Shown here: positions 1 to 12,619 of the stretch, piece by piece | Layout: every line of letters begins with the position of its first letter | Position numbering within the stretch: the first letter of the stretch is position 1 | DNA from: Felis catus | Taxonomy: Eukaryota | Length of the DNA: 64,000 nucleotides | NCBI RefSeq assembly: GCF_018350175.1 | Contig: NC_058368.1 | Span: 45,138,001-45,202,000, forward strand | Direction of reading: 5' to 3' | Position numbers and translations under genes: made by a program | Notes under the pieces: generated by a model | What the model was told of the DNA's origin: nothing | Database searches by the model: none | What the model saw: only the letters and a program-made list of their open reading frames with translations

Positions 1-2100
1 ACTATAAAAGAGAACTATAGACCAATTTCCCCAATGAACATGGATGCAAAAATCCTCAACAAGATATTGGCCAACCAGATCCAATAATACATTAAAAAAA
101 ATTATTCACCATGACCAAGTGGGATTTATACCTGAGATGCAGGGCTGGTTCAATATCCACAAAACAATCAATGTGATTCATAACATCAATAAAAGAAAGG
201 ACAAGAACCATATGATCTTCTCTACAGATGCAGAGAAAGCATTTGACAAAATACAGCATCCTTTCTTGACAAAAAAAAACCTCAAGAAAGTAGGGATAGA
301 AGGATCATACCTCAAGATCATAAAAGCCATATATGAAAGACCAACGCTAATATTATCCTCAATGGGGAAAAATTGAGAGCTTTCCCCATAAGGTCAGGAT
401 CAAGGCAAGGGATGTCCTCTCTCACCACTCTTATTCAACATAGTATTGGAAATCTTAGCCTTTGCAGTCAGACAACACAATAAAATAAAAGGCATCCAAA
501 TCGGCAAGGAGGAGGTCAAACTTTCACTCTTCACAGATGAAATGATACTTTATATGGAAAACCCAAAAGATTCCATCACCAAAAAAATGCTAGAACTGAT
601 TCATCAAAGTTTCAGGAGATAAAATCAATGCACAGAAATTGGTTGCATTCCTATTCACCAACAATGAAGCGACAGAAAGAGAAATCAAGGAATTGATCGC
701 ATTTACAATTGCACCAAAAACCATAAAATACCTAGGAATAAATCTAACCAAAGACATGAAAAATCTATCCACTGAAAACTATAGAAGGCTTATGAAAGAA
801 TTGAAGAAGACACAAAAAAATGGAAAAATAATCCATGCACCTGGATAGGAAGAACAAATATTGTTAAAATGTTGATACTACCCAAAGCAATCTACATATT
901 GAATGCAATCCCTATCAAAATGAAACTAGCATTCTTCACAGAGCTATTATGAACAATCCTAAACTAAAATTTGTACGGAACCAGAGAAGATCCCAAATAG
1001 CCAAAGCAATCTTGAAAAAGAAAACCAAAGCAGGAGACATCACAATCCCGGACTTCAAGCTGTACTACAAAGCTGTAATCATCAAGACAGTATGGTACTG
1101 GCACAAGAACAGACACTCAGATCAGTGGAACAGAATAGAGAACCCAGAAATGGACCCACAAACGTACGGCCAACTAATCTTTGGCAAAGCAGGAAAGAAT
1201 ATCCAATGGAATAAAGACCGTCTCTTCAGCAAGTAGTGCTGGGAAAACTGGACATCAGCATGCAGAAGAATGAACCTGGACCACTTTCTTACACCATACA
1301 TGAAAATAAACTCAAAATGGATGAAAGACCTCAATGTAAGACAGAAAGCCATCAAAATCCTCAAGAAGAAAGCAGGCAAAAACCTCTTTGATCTTGGCCA
1401 CAGCAACTTCTTACTCAACACGTCTCCAGAGGCAAGGGAAACAAAAGCAAAAATGAGCTACTGGGACCTCATCAAAATAAAAACCTTCTGTACAGAGAAG
1501 GAAACAATCAGCAAAACTAAAAGGCAACCAACAGAATGGGAGAAGGTATTTGCAAATGACATATCAGATAAAGGGTTAGTATCCAAAATCTATAAAGAAC
1601 TTATCAAACTCAACACCCAAAAAACAAATAATCCAGTGAAGAAATAGGCAAAAGACATGAATAGACACTTCTCCAAAGAAGACATTCAGATGGCCAACTG
1701 ACACATGAAAAATGCTCAATATCACTCATCATCAGAGAAATACAAATTAAAACCACAATGAGATATCACCTCACACTTGTCAGAATGGCTAACATTAACA
1801 ACTCAGGCAACAACAGATGTTGGTGAGGATGTGGAGAAAGAGGATCTCTTTGCATTGCTGGTGGGAATGCAAACTGGTGCAGCCACTCTGGAAAACAATA
1901 TGGAGGTTCCTCAAAAAAGTAAAAACAGAACTACGCTACGACCCAGCAATTGCACTACTAGTCATTTATCCAAGGGATACAGGTATGCTATTTCAAAGGG
2001 GCGCATGCACCCCCATGTTTATAGCAGCGCTATCAACAATAGCCAAAGTATGGAAAGAGCCCAAATGTCCATCGATGGATGAATGGATAAAGAAGATGTG

Positions 2101-2138
<38 letters not shown>

Positions 2139-2434
2139 AAGTGTGTATATCATATGACTTCACTCATATGAGGACTTTAAGACACAGAACAGATGAACAT
2201 AAGGGAAGGGAAGCAAAAATAATGTAAAAACAGGGAGGGGGACAAAGCATAAGAGGCTCTTAAATATGGAGAACAAACAGAGGGTTACCGGAGGGGTTGT
2301 GGGAGGAGGGATGGGCTAAATAGGTAAGGGGTATTAAGGAATCTTCTCCTGAAATCACTGTTGCACTATATGATAACTAATTTGGATGTAAATTTTAACA
2401 AAAATTAAAAAATAATTTGAAAGTGAAAAAAAAA
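1..2434 (+). mobile_element. LINE-1 (carnivore/felid type), 3' part: disrupted ORF2 (RT to C-terminus), 3' UTR and A-rich tail; runs off the left edge
   Basis: ORF fragments read as L1 ORF2 ([55 protein letters not shown]). Several frameshifts and stops. RT motif reads F-T-D-E at 530-541 instead of FADD. G-rich 3' UTR and A tail to ~2434. Confidence 0.98.
2103..2136. repeat. (TG)n microsatellite inside L1
   Basis: Direct reading. Confidence 0.97.
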
Positions 2435-2910
2435 CTAAACATGAAAAATTTTTTAAAAAGGACCGACAATATTCCTGCTGCAGTATATGACAAGTAGCAC
2501 ATAGAATGTGTCCAGACTTTTCTGGGGTCTCCTAGAAGGTGATCCTGAACTCCTATGAATTCACATTGACAAGTAATAGCCTCCTGATTCTGCTAATATG
2601 GAGAATTCAAAAATGAAAAACAAAATCCTCACTAAAATTCACATAATAAAGATATGATAAACATTGTTTTAAATAAATAAGTGAAATTGGTTTAAAAAAA
2701 GTGTGACCATCAGGGTTTGAGAGCAAAAATGGAAATGATAAGAACATTATCTGAAATAAGACTGGCCCTGACTTCACTTAGAGAACCTAAAGTTGTAAGT
2801 ATGAATAATTAAGGAGTGATATCAAATTACTCACAAACAAGAGGCTAAAAATTGTCGGATTATATAAACAACTGTTTATAAGGGACACATCTCAAGTATA
2901 ATACAAAATA

Positions 2911-3095
2911 GGGTTCCTGGGTGACTCAGTCGAGCATCTGACTCTAGATTTCAACTCAGGTCATGTGTCCAGGGTTTTGGTATCAAGCCCCATGTCTGGC
3001 TCTGTGTTGAGCATGGAGACTGCTTAAGATTCTCTCTGTCCCCATCCACCCCCCCACTTGTGTTCACTCTCTCTCTCTAATATAAATTTTTTTTA
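2911..3095 (+). mobile_element. Can-SINE (older copy)
   Basis: GGGTTCCTGGGTGACTCAGTC head, CT-rich tail, degenerate TSD AAGTATAATACAAAATA / AACTATAAGACAAAAATA. Confidence 0.9.
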
Positions 3096-3269
3096 AACTA
3101 TAAGACAAAAATATTGTAAAGGTTTAAAAATGCTAACCAATGAAAGCTAATAAAGGTAGAGTAATATAGGTAAACTTTACAAACTGAAAGACACACACAT
3201 GTATATTGAATTGCATTTACAGAGGAAAAAACTAAGACTAAATAAATGACCATATATCATAGTAAAATA

Positions 3270-3900
3270 TGATCAAGCTCACTAGTAATCAGGAAAATCC
3301 AAATTGAAGTTGATATGCAATAACATTTTACAAATATCAGACTTGCAAACTTTAGTCTGGAAAGCACAATTGCTGGCAGTGAGGTGAAACAGTAGGCATT
3401 CTCACAACCTGCTGCTCAGAGTTTAATTTGGTATAACTACTTTACAGTGTAATTTGGCTGGCAATATTTAGTAAACTTGAAAACGTGCATATTTTGTAAT
3501 CCAGCCATTGCCCTTTTAGGTATAATTGCCTGGAGAATCACTTGTAGATGCACCTAAGGAAACATGTAGAAAATGTTCATTGAAAATGTATTTGTATTAG
3601 CAAAACAATTTATTTAGCAGTCTAAATTCATAAGATTATGGTGATGATTGATGAAAAGGCTGGAATCACTGAAGGTATAATCTTATGCATCAACATGTAT
3701 AAACCCCAACTTCTAGGAATAAATTAACAATGATATATACACAGTCTGGTAATACACAGACTCATGTATGCAAACACAAGCACACACATATGTATAATAA
3801 GAGCCCAATTAGATCCATACCGTTTGTGAACCAGTAGTTATTTAGTAAAATTATAACACAACATATAAAAATGATAAATATTAAAATCAGAAGTGTTTTT
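3270..3900 (+). mobile_element. Ancient L1 (L1ME-like) 3' fragment
   Basis: Degenerate ORF2-end motifs CTCACTAGTAATCAGGAAAATCCAAATT and GATCCAGCCATTGCCCTTTTAGGTAT-like sequence. Confidence 0.7.
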
Positions 3901-3946
3901 ACGATGCTTTAGGACACAAGATGAGGTTGAGACTTGGAACAAGTCT

Positions 3947-3947
3947 C

Positions 3948-3996
<49 letters not shown>

Positions 3997-4092
3997 CACA
4001 CACACACATATACACATATATGTATATATATACATATATACACGTATATGGTGTGTGCATATATATATGGTGTGTGTGTATATATATATATA
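3947..4092. repeat. Compound (TA)n/(CA)n/(TG)n microsatellite
   Basis: Direct reading; source of the IYIY ORFs. Confidence 0.97.
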
Positions 4093-4324
4093 TTTTATTT
4101 ATTTTATTTTATTATTTTTTTAATGTTTATTTATTTTTGAGACAGAGAGAGACAGAGCATGAGCGGGAGAGGGTCAGAGAGAGAGGGAGACACAGAATCT
4201 GAAGCAGGCTCCAGGCTCTGAGCTGTCAGCACAGAGCCCAACGTGGGGCTCGAACTCACAGACCATGAGATCATGACCTGAGCTGAAGTCGGATGCTTGA
4301 CCAACTGAGCCACCCAGGAGCCCC
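4093..4324 (-). mobile_element. Can-SINE (SINEC_Fc-like)
   Basis: Antisense T-rich tail, GAGACAGAGAGAGACAGAG, ...GAGCCACCCAGGAGCCCC. Confidence 0.95.
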
Positions 4325-4332
4325 TAGATATG

Positions 4333-4560
4333 TTTTTTTAATGTTTATTTATTTTTGAGAGAGAGAAAGTGAACACGAGCAGGGGAGGAGCAGAGAAAGA
4401 GAGAGAGAAAAAGAGAGGGTGAGAGAGAATTCCAAGCAGGCTGCAAGCCATCAGCACATAGCCCAACAAAGGGCTTGATCTCATGAACTGTGAGATAGAT
4501 CATGACCTGAGCTGAAACCAAGAGTTGGCCACTCAACCAATCAAGCCATTCAGGCTCCCC
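4333..4560 (-). mobile_element. Can-SINE, tandem with the previous copy
   Basis: Antisense tail and head ...CCATTCAGGCTCCCC. Confidence 0.92.
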
Positions 4561-4949
4561 CATATGTTTGTTTGTTTGTTTTTTAAAGAAAAATCAAGAT
4601 CTGAAACAAACTTGGCAAATATTCAAAAATGTGTAATGTTGGCACAGAGTTGGTCACTCCATTATCCTTTATAATTTTCAATATAATTATTTTTCATACA
4701 GTAAATGATAACAACACCATAGAATCTTATATTCAGAGCAGTAAGAAGAATCAGAATAATTAGAACAGATATCTAGGAAAATAGAGTCACTTAATCTCCT
4801 CCAAGGCATAACTTGAGCAAACTAAGAAAAAGTAATCATAATATTTAAGTTCAGCAAATTAAAAAGTTCTCTAGAGCTAAAAACAGAGAAACAAACAAAA
4901 AAACAAACAAAAAAAAACAGAACTCTGTCCACATTTTGTAAAGAATTTA

Positions 4950-5900
4950 GTAACTAGCAGAACTTTTATTAGTGGGCTAAAGGAACAATGGTAAAAATAT
5001 TTGAAGTCACAGAAAAAAATATGAAAGCCAGGAGGTTTGAAAAGGTAAGTGATAAAGCCAAAGGTTTATCATACATATGATAGCAATTCCATCAGAAGAC
5101 AAGGAGATAGGTGAAGGAGAGACAAATACTCAGCAAAAAATAGAAGTTGTCCTGGAACTGAAGAAAAGACCTGAGGCTGCAGGTTGAAAGTGCTCATCTA
5201 ATTCCTGAAGGGATTGATGAGTAAGAGACACAAATCATGGCAGATTTTAGAAATATTCCTGACCTAGAAAAATTTTAAAGTGCAAAAATGTGCCGTTGGT
5301 GTTGGAGAGTCATAGTAAAGCAAGCTCTCACAAATTGCTGATGGATAGGCAATTTGTCATGGCATTTCTGGAAAGCAACCTGACAACATCTCTTAAAAAT
5401 AAGATACATATACCTATTCTTCTACTCAACGGTCTTACATCTGGGGACCTATTATAAAGAATTTTAGAAAATACAAATAAGTAAGGATATAAGTAGATAC
5501 ATTTACTGAAACACTGTTTTTGTAGCATCCCAGTAATTCCATCAATAGAAAAATGATTGAAAAAAATATGGTGCCTCTACCTGATGAAATGTTATTCAAC
5601 TTATAGAAAGAATTAGTAAAAAATATACCAATTGACTTCAAGGGACTTCCATAATGTATAATTAAGTTAGAAGAAGTAAGGTAAAAAATGATTTTGTATC
5701 ATGTATAATATTCCATTATTAGAAGGCAATTAATGACAACATTCTGTACTAGTGTATATACATATGAATGTTTATATCTATGCACATTTAAAGGTATTAA
5801 AACATTAACACATATAAAATGCCTACATAAAAGCATAATTAAAAAGTGGATGGAAGTTACACTTAATGCTAATATAGGTCGTGGGTTGTAATGCAATTTG
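4950..5900 (+). mobile_element. Ancient L1/HAL1-like fragments (ORF1-like segment, then an L1ME-like 3' end)
   Basis: TCCTGGAACTGAAGAAAAGACCTGAGGCTGCAGGTTGAAAGTGCTCA resembles old L1 ORF1; TTTCTGGAAAGCAACCTGACAACATCT resembles old L1 3' ends. Confidence 0.55.
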
Positions 5901-6330
5901 AGAACAGGAAAAGTCAAATGAATAGCCATGACAGAGCCTTTGGAAAGTAAACATGTATGATATGATACTTTGGATATAATTGTATATATATGAATAAATC
6001 AGGAAATATTATGTAGGTTACTATAAATAATAATTAATATTTATATAACTATCAGTCTAAATGAAGGAGTCTGAAAAAATAAACTTAAACTGAAGAAGAT
6101 TGCCTCTAAGTGTACCAATATTAGGTGAACAGAACAGCTTTATGTATTATGGTTTTATTTCAACAAAATAAGAAACAAACAACAATACTCAGTCTATGAG
6201 TATCATGGTTGTATATATTTACATTAGTAAGGATTCATCCAGGCCCTAAACATGTTACCTGTAGGTTAAGTTGGATCAGAGATGATTGGTTAGCTTTGTC
6301 TTAATTCCTCTTGCTATTAGGTTGTCAAGT

Positions 6331-6554
6331 TTTTTTTTTTTAATTTTTTTTCAACGTTTATTTATTTTTGGGACAGAGAGAGACAGAGCATGAACGGGGG
6401 AGGGGCAGAGAGAGAGGGAGACACAGAATCGGAAACAGGCTCCAGGCTCTGAGCCATCAGCCCAGAGCCTGACGTGGGGCTCAAACTCCCGGACCGCGAG
6501 ATCGTGACCTGGCTGAAGTCAGACGCTCAACCGACTGCGCCACCCAGGCGCCCC
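6331..6554 (-). mobile_element. Young Can-SINE (SINEC_Fc-like) with perfect TSD
   Basis: CpG-rich, near-consensus body; TSD TAGGTTGTCAAGTTTT at 6318 and 6555. Confidence 0.97.
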
Positions 6555-6759
6555 TAGGTTGTCAAGTTTTGAAACAATGTATCTCTTTAATTAAAAAAAC
6601 ATAAAATAATTAAAATTACTCAACAAATTTTTCGAAGAGCTTTAAACTGTTATCAAATTACATTGCAAAAAATGAGTTTATATTTAATTCAATAAAATGT
6701 AGATGTTACAGGTACAAAATTCTGTGAGGCACAATGACCTAATGATTTACGTGCAAGTC

Positions 6760-6995
6760 TTACAATCAGAGAAACTGGAATCATATCCTGCCTCTAACAT
6801 GCACTTTCTATGTAATCTTGGGAAGTTACCTAATGTTTTCATGTACCAGTTCCCTTGAATGTAAAACACAAATAACAATAGGAAAAATAAGGATAATAAT
6901 AGATGATTAATAGTACTTCTAAGAATAACACACAAGAAATTTTCAAACTTCCTGACACACATTAAATGCCAGATATAGGTTAGTTACAATCATTA
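6760..6995 (+). mobile_element. MIR fragment
   Basis: TGTAATCTTGGGAAGTTACCTAAT...CAGTTCCCTTGAATGTAAAA resembles the MIR core. Confidence 0.65.
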
Positions 6996-7476
6996 AGAAG
7001 AAAAAAGTCTTCAGTGAGAATAAGAGGTAACAAACACCAGCTCAGTAAATATGACATGTGTGCTACAAAATTCAGATTTACAAATGTCCACTGGAGGCTT
7101 TTCATAACAGCATAGGAGGTTTGCCACTTCAAACATATGTGTCATTTATTTATATCATTTCATAAGAAAAAAATTCAGAAAGGCAAAGTGATTTAGCCAT
7201 TGTCACTCAGATTGTCTACCTCAAAATTTAGAACTTCCATTTCTTGGGCCACTGGTCATACACTTGGGACATTTAAAAAGCCCTAAATTACATCACTGCT
7301 ATATCTCTGAATATGTATTATGAAGTGTCTTCTGCACATTTGAATAAGGCAGTTTGAACATGAATCTTAATTTTGAAAACTGAATGAAGCATGAATAGTT
7401 ATGTATTCATTGCATGTTTACAATTAATCTATCCTTTGTTCATGGTAGATAGATATCACTTTTATACCTTTCAATA

Positions 7477-7687
7477 TTTTTTTTTTTAGAATTTGTTTAA
7501 GTTTACTTATTTATTTATTTTGAGAGAGAGTGAGAGTGCGGGTCACTGAGAGAGGCAGAGAGAGAGGGAAACAGAGAATCCTAAGCAGGCTCTGTGCTGA
7601 CAGCACAGAGGCTCGAACTCACCAACCATGAGATCATGACCTGAGTTGAAGTCAGATGCTTAGTGGACTGAGCCAGCCTGGTGCTCC
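7477..7687 (-). mobile_element. Can-SINE
   Basis: Antisense head and tail; degenerate TSD TACCTTT(C/A)AAT. Confidence 0.93.
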
Positions 7688-8721
7688 TGTACCTTTAAAT
7701 TTTTGAATGGTTATATTGATTTTGATACTTGCAGTCTTCACAGATATGGATTATTTTCAAACACTGGTTGTAATGGCAACTTGCTAATGCAGTTCAGTGA
7801 GAACTGGGCAAAGTACATATTTGGCTTGCTCGTGGCTTCATCTTACCTATGTTCAGACAAACATAAGCTCATTTAATGTTTAATCTTGTGCACATGTATT
7901 CTGGTTCCACAGAAGAGATGGATGTCATGTCCTATACCTCCAACTAGCACTTCTGTGGGTGCTCTGGCTTTCTTGTGTCTTAATGCCCATAGCCCTTCAC
8001 CCTCTGATATAGCAGGTTAGAATCTAATTATAAACTGGCTCTTGAGTTTTTTAATTATATACAAAGTATTTTATACTCTCCATTACATAGTAAAATCATT
8101 AAAACAGGCATGATTTCTTTCCATTTCCTCAATAACTCTCCAGCTTGGAACACGTAATATGATCAAAGAGTTTTTATTTTATGACTTAAAGGTGAAAAAA
8201 AATCATCCTTTGGAAGCGAGCATTCTAATTAAATGAAAAATTGGTGCTGGTGTTACGACTGTGTCTAGATGTTTTCCTTTTTGTTTGCTTGTCTTTTTGT
8301 ATTTAGGAAAAAATATTGAGAAAATGCTTTTAGAATTTCTTAAAATAAAATGGGGTTAATATAAAGATACTGGAAGAACTAGACTTCACAGCATGCCCCA
8401 GTTTCAGAATACTAGGGGAAAAAAAAGGCTTATTCTTAGAATTACAATTAAATACTTACGGACTTTGGGGAAATGTTACACTTTTCTATTTAGTTCACAG
8501 TAACTAGAAATAAGAATTTTATCTAAGTCTAAGGGAAAATTCTGCACTTTGACTTCTCTCCACCCTTCCCTCATGCCAGCAAGCCTAGCTTAATTAGAGA
8601 AGCAAGTTTGAAGTGAACAACTAGCCATTTGAAACTACTTTTATCATGAGTGCCTGGCATTATGGTAGCATAGTTTACAGATCTTGTATGCACAAGAGCT
8701 CTGAAATTACTTATAGATTGA

Positions 8722-8918
8722 TTTTTTAAATGTTATTTTTTGAGAGAGAGCAAGAACAAGTATGAGCAGGGGAGGAGCAGAGAGAGGGGATCAGAGGATC
8801 CAAAGTGGGCTCTATGCTGACAGTAGAGAGCCTCATGCGAGACTCCAACTCATGAACTGGGAAATCATGACCTGAGCCACAGTTGGAAGCTTAACTGACT
8901 GAGCTACCCAGGTGCTGT
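8722..8918 (-). mobile_element. Can-SINE
   Basis: TSD ACTT(A/T)TAGAT(T/C)GATTTTT. Confidence 0.93.
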
Positions 8919-9144
8919 GACTTTTAGATCGATTTTTAAAAATATTCCTGCCATAAACGCATCTGAACATACATGGGGATCAGTGGACTCTATTATAGTC
9001 CTACTGATGATGTTGAATAGCACTTTATGGCCCGTTATTTGTCTCTTTCTCAAAATGGGGACCATTTCTCCATTCACTCTTAGTCCTGAAAGTAAATAAA
9101 TATAAGAATAGCAACTGACATTTTTTTCTTTTTTACTGTTTACC

Positions 9145-9352
9145 TTTTTTTTTTCTTAGTTTACTTATTTGAGACAGAGACAGAGACAGCACAAGTGGGG
9201 GAGGGTCAGAGAGAGAAAGAGGGAGACAGAGAATCCCAACCAGACTCTGCACTCACACAGATGCAGAACTTGAACTCGCAAAACTGTGAGATCATGACCT
9301 GAGCTAAAACCAAGGAGTCGGATGCTTAACCGACTGAGCCATCCAAGCCCCT
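9145..9352 (-). mobile_element. Can-SINE
   Basis: TSD TACTGTTT(A/G)CC. Confidence 0.92.
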
Positions 9353-9379
9353 CTACTGTTTGCCATTTTTAAAATGCTT

Positions 9380-9914
9380 TATAAGTGTTAAATGAAATAT
9401 CCATGTTTCTAGCCCTTGACCTGTATACTAGATCTCATCATTTAGAATGTGTCTCAAGTAATATTCTCTTCTGTCTCTACATATCAATCTCTCTCTACTT
9501 AATACATCATCATATGAGAATATGAACATGTTACTTCTCTGTTTAAAAGCATTGTTCACTTGATTCCATTATCCCCTATATCTGTTGGTACATTTCTCTG
9601 CAACCCTCTGCAACAAAATGCCTTAACAGATATATAGATTTTCATACCTATATTTAACTATATTTATATATACATTTAACTACACTTCTCTCCTTTTTCT
9701 CACAGGAAAACTATCTCTTGTCAAGATCACCAATAATCTAGGGGTGCCTGGGTGGCTCAGTCAGTTGACCAACTTCAGTTCAGGTCATGAGCTCATGGTT
9801 CATGAGTTCCAGCCCCGCCCCGCCCCATGTCGCATCAGACTCTGTGCTGACAGCCTGGAGCCTGCTTCAGATTCTGTGTCTCCCTAGCTCTCTGCCCCTC
9901 CCCCCCTCATACTT

Positions 9915-9957
<43 letters not shown>

Positions 9958-10348
9958 AATAAACATTAAAAAATATTTTTAAAAAAGATCACCAATAACC
10001 TTTATTTTCTCTTTAAAAATAACGGACAATTAACTTTTATTGACTAAACTCTCATTTGCATCTCATATATTCATGCATAAACTTATCCTTGATGCACATG
10101 TTTCACTTGCCTTCTGGGACACCACCCTGTCCTGGTTTGCCTCTAGTCCACCTGTTTGCTTCTTCTCAGGGCTTTTGTCAGTTCCTCTTCATCTTCTGGA
10201 CCAACCAATGTTAGAGAATCCAAAGACTCTTCTCATTTTACATTCATTCTTTCACAATTTTTTTAAATCTCTTTCAGCCTCATGGCTTTAAATAGCACAT
10301 ATAAGCTCTCAGTGCTATCTCCAGATCAGCTGTCCTTCTTAAAATCTC
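9380..10348 (+). mobile_element. L2 fragment, interrupted by a SINE
   Basis: CTTGTCAAGATCACCAATAA...CTTCTGGGACACCACCCTGTCCTGGTTTGCCTCT...CATGGCTTTAAATAGCAC are typical L2 ORF2 relics. Confidence 0.7.
9741..9985 (+). mobile_element. Can-SINE
   Basis: GGGGTGCCTGGGTGGCTCAG head, (CT)n, AATAAA; TSD AAGATCACCAATAA. Confidence 0.96.
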
Positions 10349-10621
10349 AACTGGCTTTATATGAATCTGATGGCTATCAAGATAAAGATGGAATTGAAGA
10401 TAAGATAGTGAAAGCCTGACATAAATTTGCAGCATCAGACCTTGGCTTATCTCTACTAGAGCTCTATCTCACCAACAAGGTCCTGGTGTACCACTTTCCA
10501 GAGTATCTAAGAATACAGGTCAGGACTTTGCAAAAGCTACTCCTTCCCATGGCACGCCCTCAGCCCCCCACTGCAGTTAACCCATATCTGGATCTTTCAG
10601 CTCAGTTTCATGAGCCCATTC

Positions 10622-10622
10622 A

Positions 10623-10673
<51 letters not shown>

Positions 10674-10674
10674 A
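10622..10674. repeat. (TAAA)n microsatellite
   Basis: Direct reading. Confidence 0.96.
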
Positions 10675-10848
10675 TGGTTGTATGTATTTACCTGTGTTTC
10701 CATATATGCATGCATATATTCACATATATAATATATACATACATATATATGCGATCATTTAAATAAATTATTATTCTCTCATTACTATATCATCCCCATT
10801 ATTGTATCACAATTTTATTTATGTACTTATTTAATTTCTGATTTTTGC

Positions 10849-11066
10849 TTTTTTTTCATTTATTTTTTACTTTGAGAGAGAGAGAGAGAGAGAGCGAGCG
10901 AGCTGGGGAGGAGCAGAGATAGGGATAGAGAAAGAGAATCCCAATCAAGCTCCACACTGCCAGTGCAGAGCCCAATGCAGGGCTTGAACTCATGAACCAT
11001 GAGATCATGACCTGAGCTGAAATCTAGAGTGGGATGCTTAACTGACTGAGCCAGCCAGGTATCCCA
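10849..11066 (-). mobile_element. Can-SINE
   Basis: TSD TGATTTTTG(C/T)TTTT. Confidence 0.93.
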
Positions 11067-11084
11067 TGATTTTTGTTTTTCTAC

Positions 11085-11600
11085 TTTAGGAGGGTATAAG
11101 CTCCATGAGGGCAGAACCCATGACTGCTTTATTTACCAAGTACTTCCAGTTCTTAGACTACAGTCAACAGTCAAAATAAGGTTTGTTTAGTATCTAACTG
11201 AACATGAACATGGAAGGATAGATAAAATAGTTTATTTAAAATAAAAAAAAAACAAGAGAGGCTAATGAGGTAATAGGAAAACCAAGAGAAAGGGGTATTA
11301 TGGAAACTAAAAGAAAGGAAATAGTTTTAAGAGGAATTAAGTTGTCAAAATGACACATGTTGCCCGAGGTAAAGTAACACAAAGATTGAAAAGTGTGCAA
11401 AGGCTAAGATGGTAATGAGTTCAAAGTGCCACCTTCAAGACAGAACTTTTAGTTTTCATAGTGTTGAGAAGTTAATGAAAGATAATGAAGTAATGAAAGC
11501 AACCGAACACAGGCAACATTTCAAGATATTTTTTTCTACATGAAGATGAGCAAATTAGAGCAGATAGAGCAATAGTTGGAAAAGGATGTGGTGACCACAA
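11085..11600. mobile_element. L2 fragments
   Basis: TATAAGCTCCATGAGGGCAGAACC (L2 3' end) followed by purine-rich antisense L2-like sequence. Confidence 0.6.
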
Positions 11601-12357
11601 GAGATTTTGTCTTGTTTAAATTGTTTCAAGGTGATATATATTGATGCCACCATTATTCTGAGCTTGGTATACTCCCAGCTAAATAGAATTGTTGCCAGAC
11701 AGGTAGAAACACTTTCACAGTAACTATTATTTAATTATATTACGCAGCCATATTTCAATCCATAGCAAGATTATAAAATATCCTAGGTAAAATACCACAT
11801 TTAAAATACATACATTTTTCCAGAAAATTACATACAGAATTTCATTTAAGCCTTTAGTTTATAACACAGCTCTAGAAAATGTTTTCCCAGTTATAATAGC
11901 TATTACTACTACTTGATTTCAATACAAATTAGGAAATTTTAAAATATGAATTCTGCTTTTCTTTAAACAATGCCTAATAGGAATATTCTGATTTCTTCTC
12001 CTAGAATATGTGACAGGAGAAGTAGGATTTGCCAAATCTCAAACCCAGAATCACAAACTAAAATATAGAAAGAGCTTAGGGCTGAGAGAAAATAGCTTAA
12101 CAGAAGGAACATTTGCATGTTTGAATTTTTTTTTCTTATCCTGTTGCACCAATTACATTCTCTACCACAATGGTAAGTGGAAAAGATCATAGTAAACATC
12201 ACTTCTTGAGCTGAAGAATATATTGTTCAGTATTTCACAATGTATGATGTTTGCTCTTGGTATTAAGTAGACATCCTTTGTCAATTTCTTTCTGTTTCTG
12301 GTTTGTAAAATTACTTTTGATAAACCACTTTGTGTTATTTTTTATTAATCTTTTGTA

Positions 12358-12568
12358 TTTTTTTCATTTTTTAAAAAGTTTATTTATTTTGAGAGACAGA
12401 GAGCATGAGTGGGGGAGGGACAGAGAGGGAGAGCGAGAGATCCTAAGCAGACTCCATGCTGTTAGCACAGAGCCTTACGCGGAGCTTGAACCCACAAACT
12501 GGTGAGATGGTGACATGAGCTGAAAGCAAGAGTTGGACGCTTGATCAGCTGAGCCACCCAAGCACCCC
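12358..12568 (-). mobile_element. Can-SINE
   Basis: Antisense head ...GAGCCACCCAAGCACCCC. Confidence 0.93.
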
Positions 12569-12619
12569 AATTTATCTTTTTTATTTAAAGAAACTAGTGC
12601 ATGTTTTACTTTCTCCCCA

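Noticed and set aside
44..2227. ORFs resembling a functional reverse transcriptase
   Set aside because: Fragments of one L1 ORF2 with frameshifts, stops and a mutated catalytic motif (FTDE); a dead retrotransposon, not a novel RT system.
3893..4202. IYIY/CVCV ORFs (also 43749-44041, 47552-47848, 49932-50174)
   Set aside because: Translations of TA/TG microsatellites.
4131..4313. Recurring MAQ.VK.PT.AQVMIS ORF family (also 18485, 33746, 39017, 53979, 59347)
   Set aside because: Incidental open frame of the Can-SINE consensus, not a gene family.
9741..9830. tRNA-like A/B box sequences
   Set aside because: tRNA-derived SINE heads followed by SINE body and tail, not tRNA genes.
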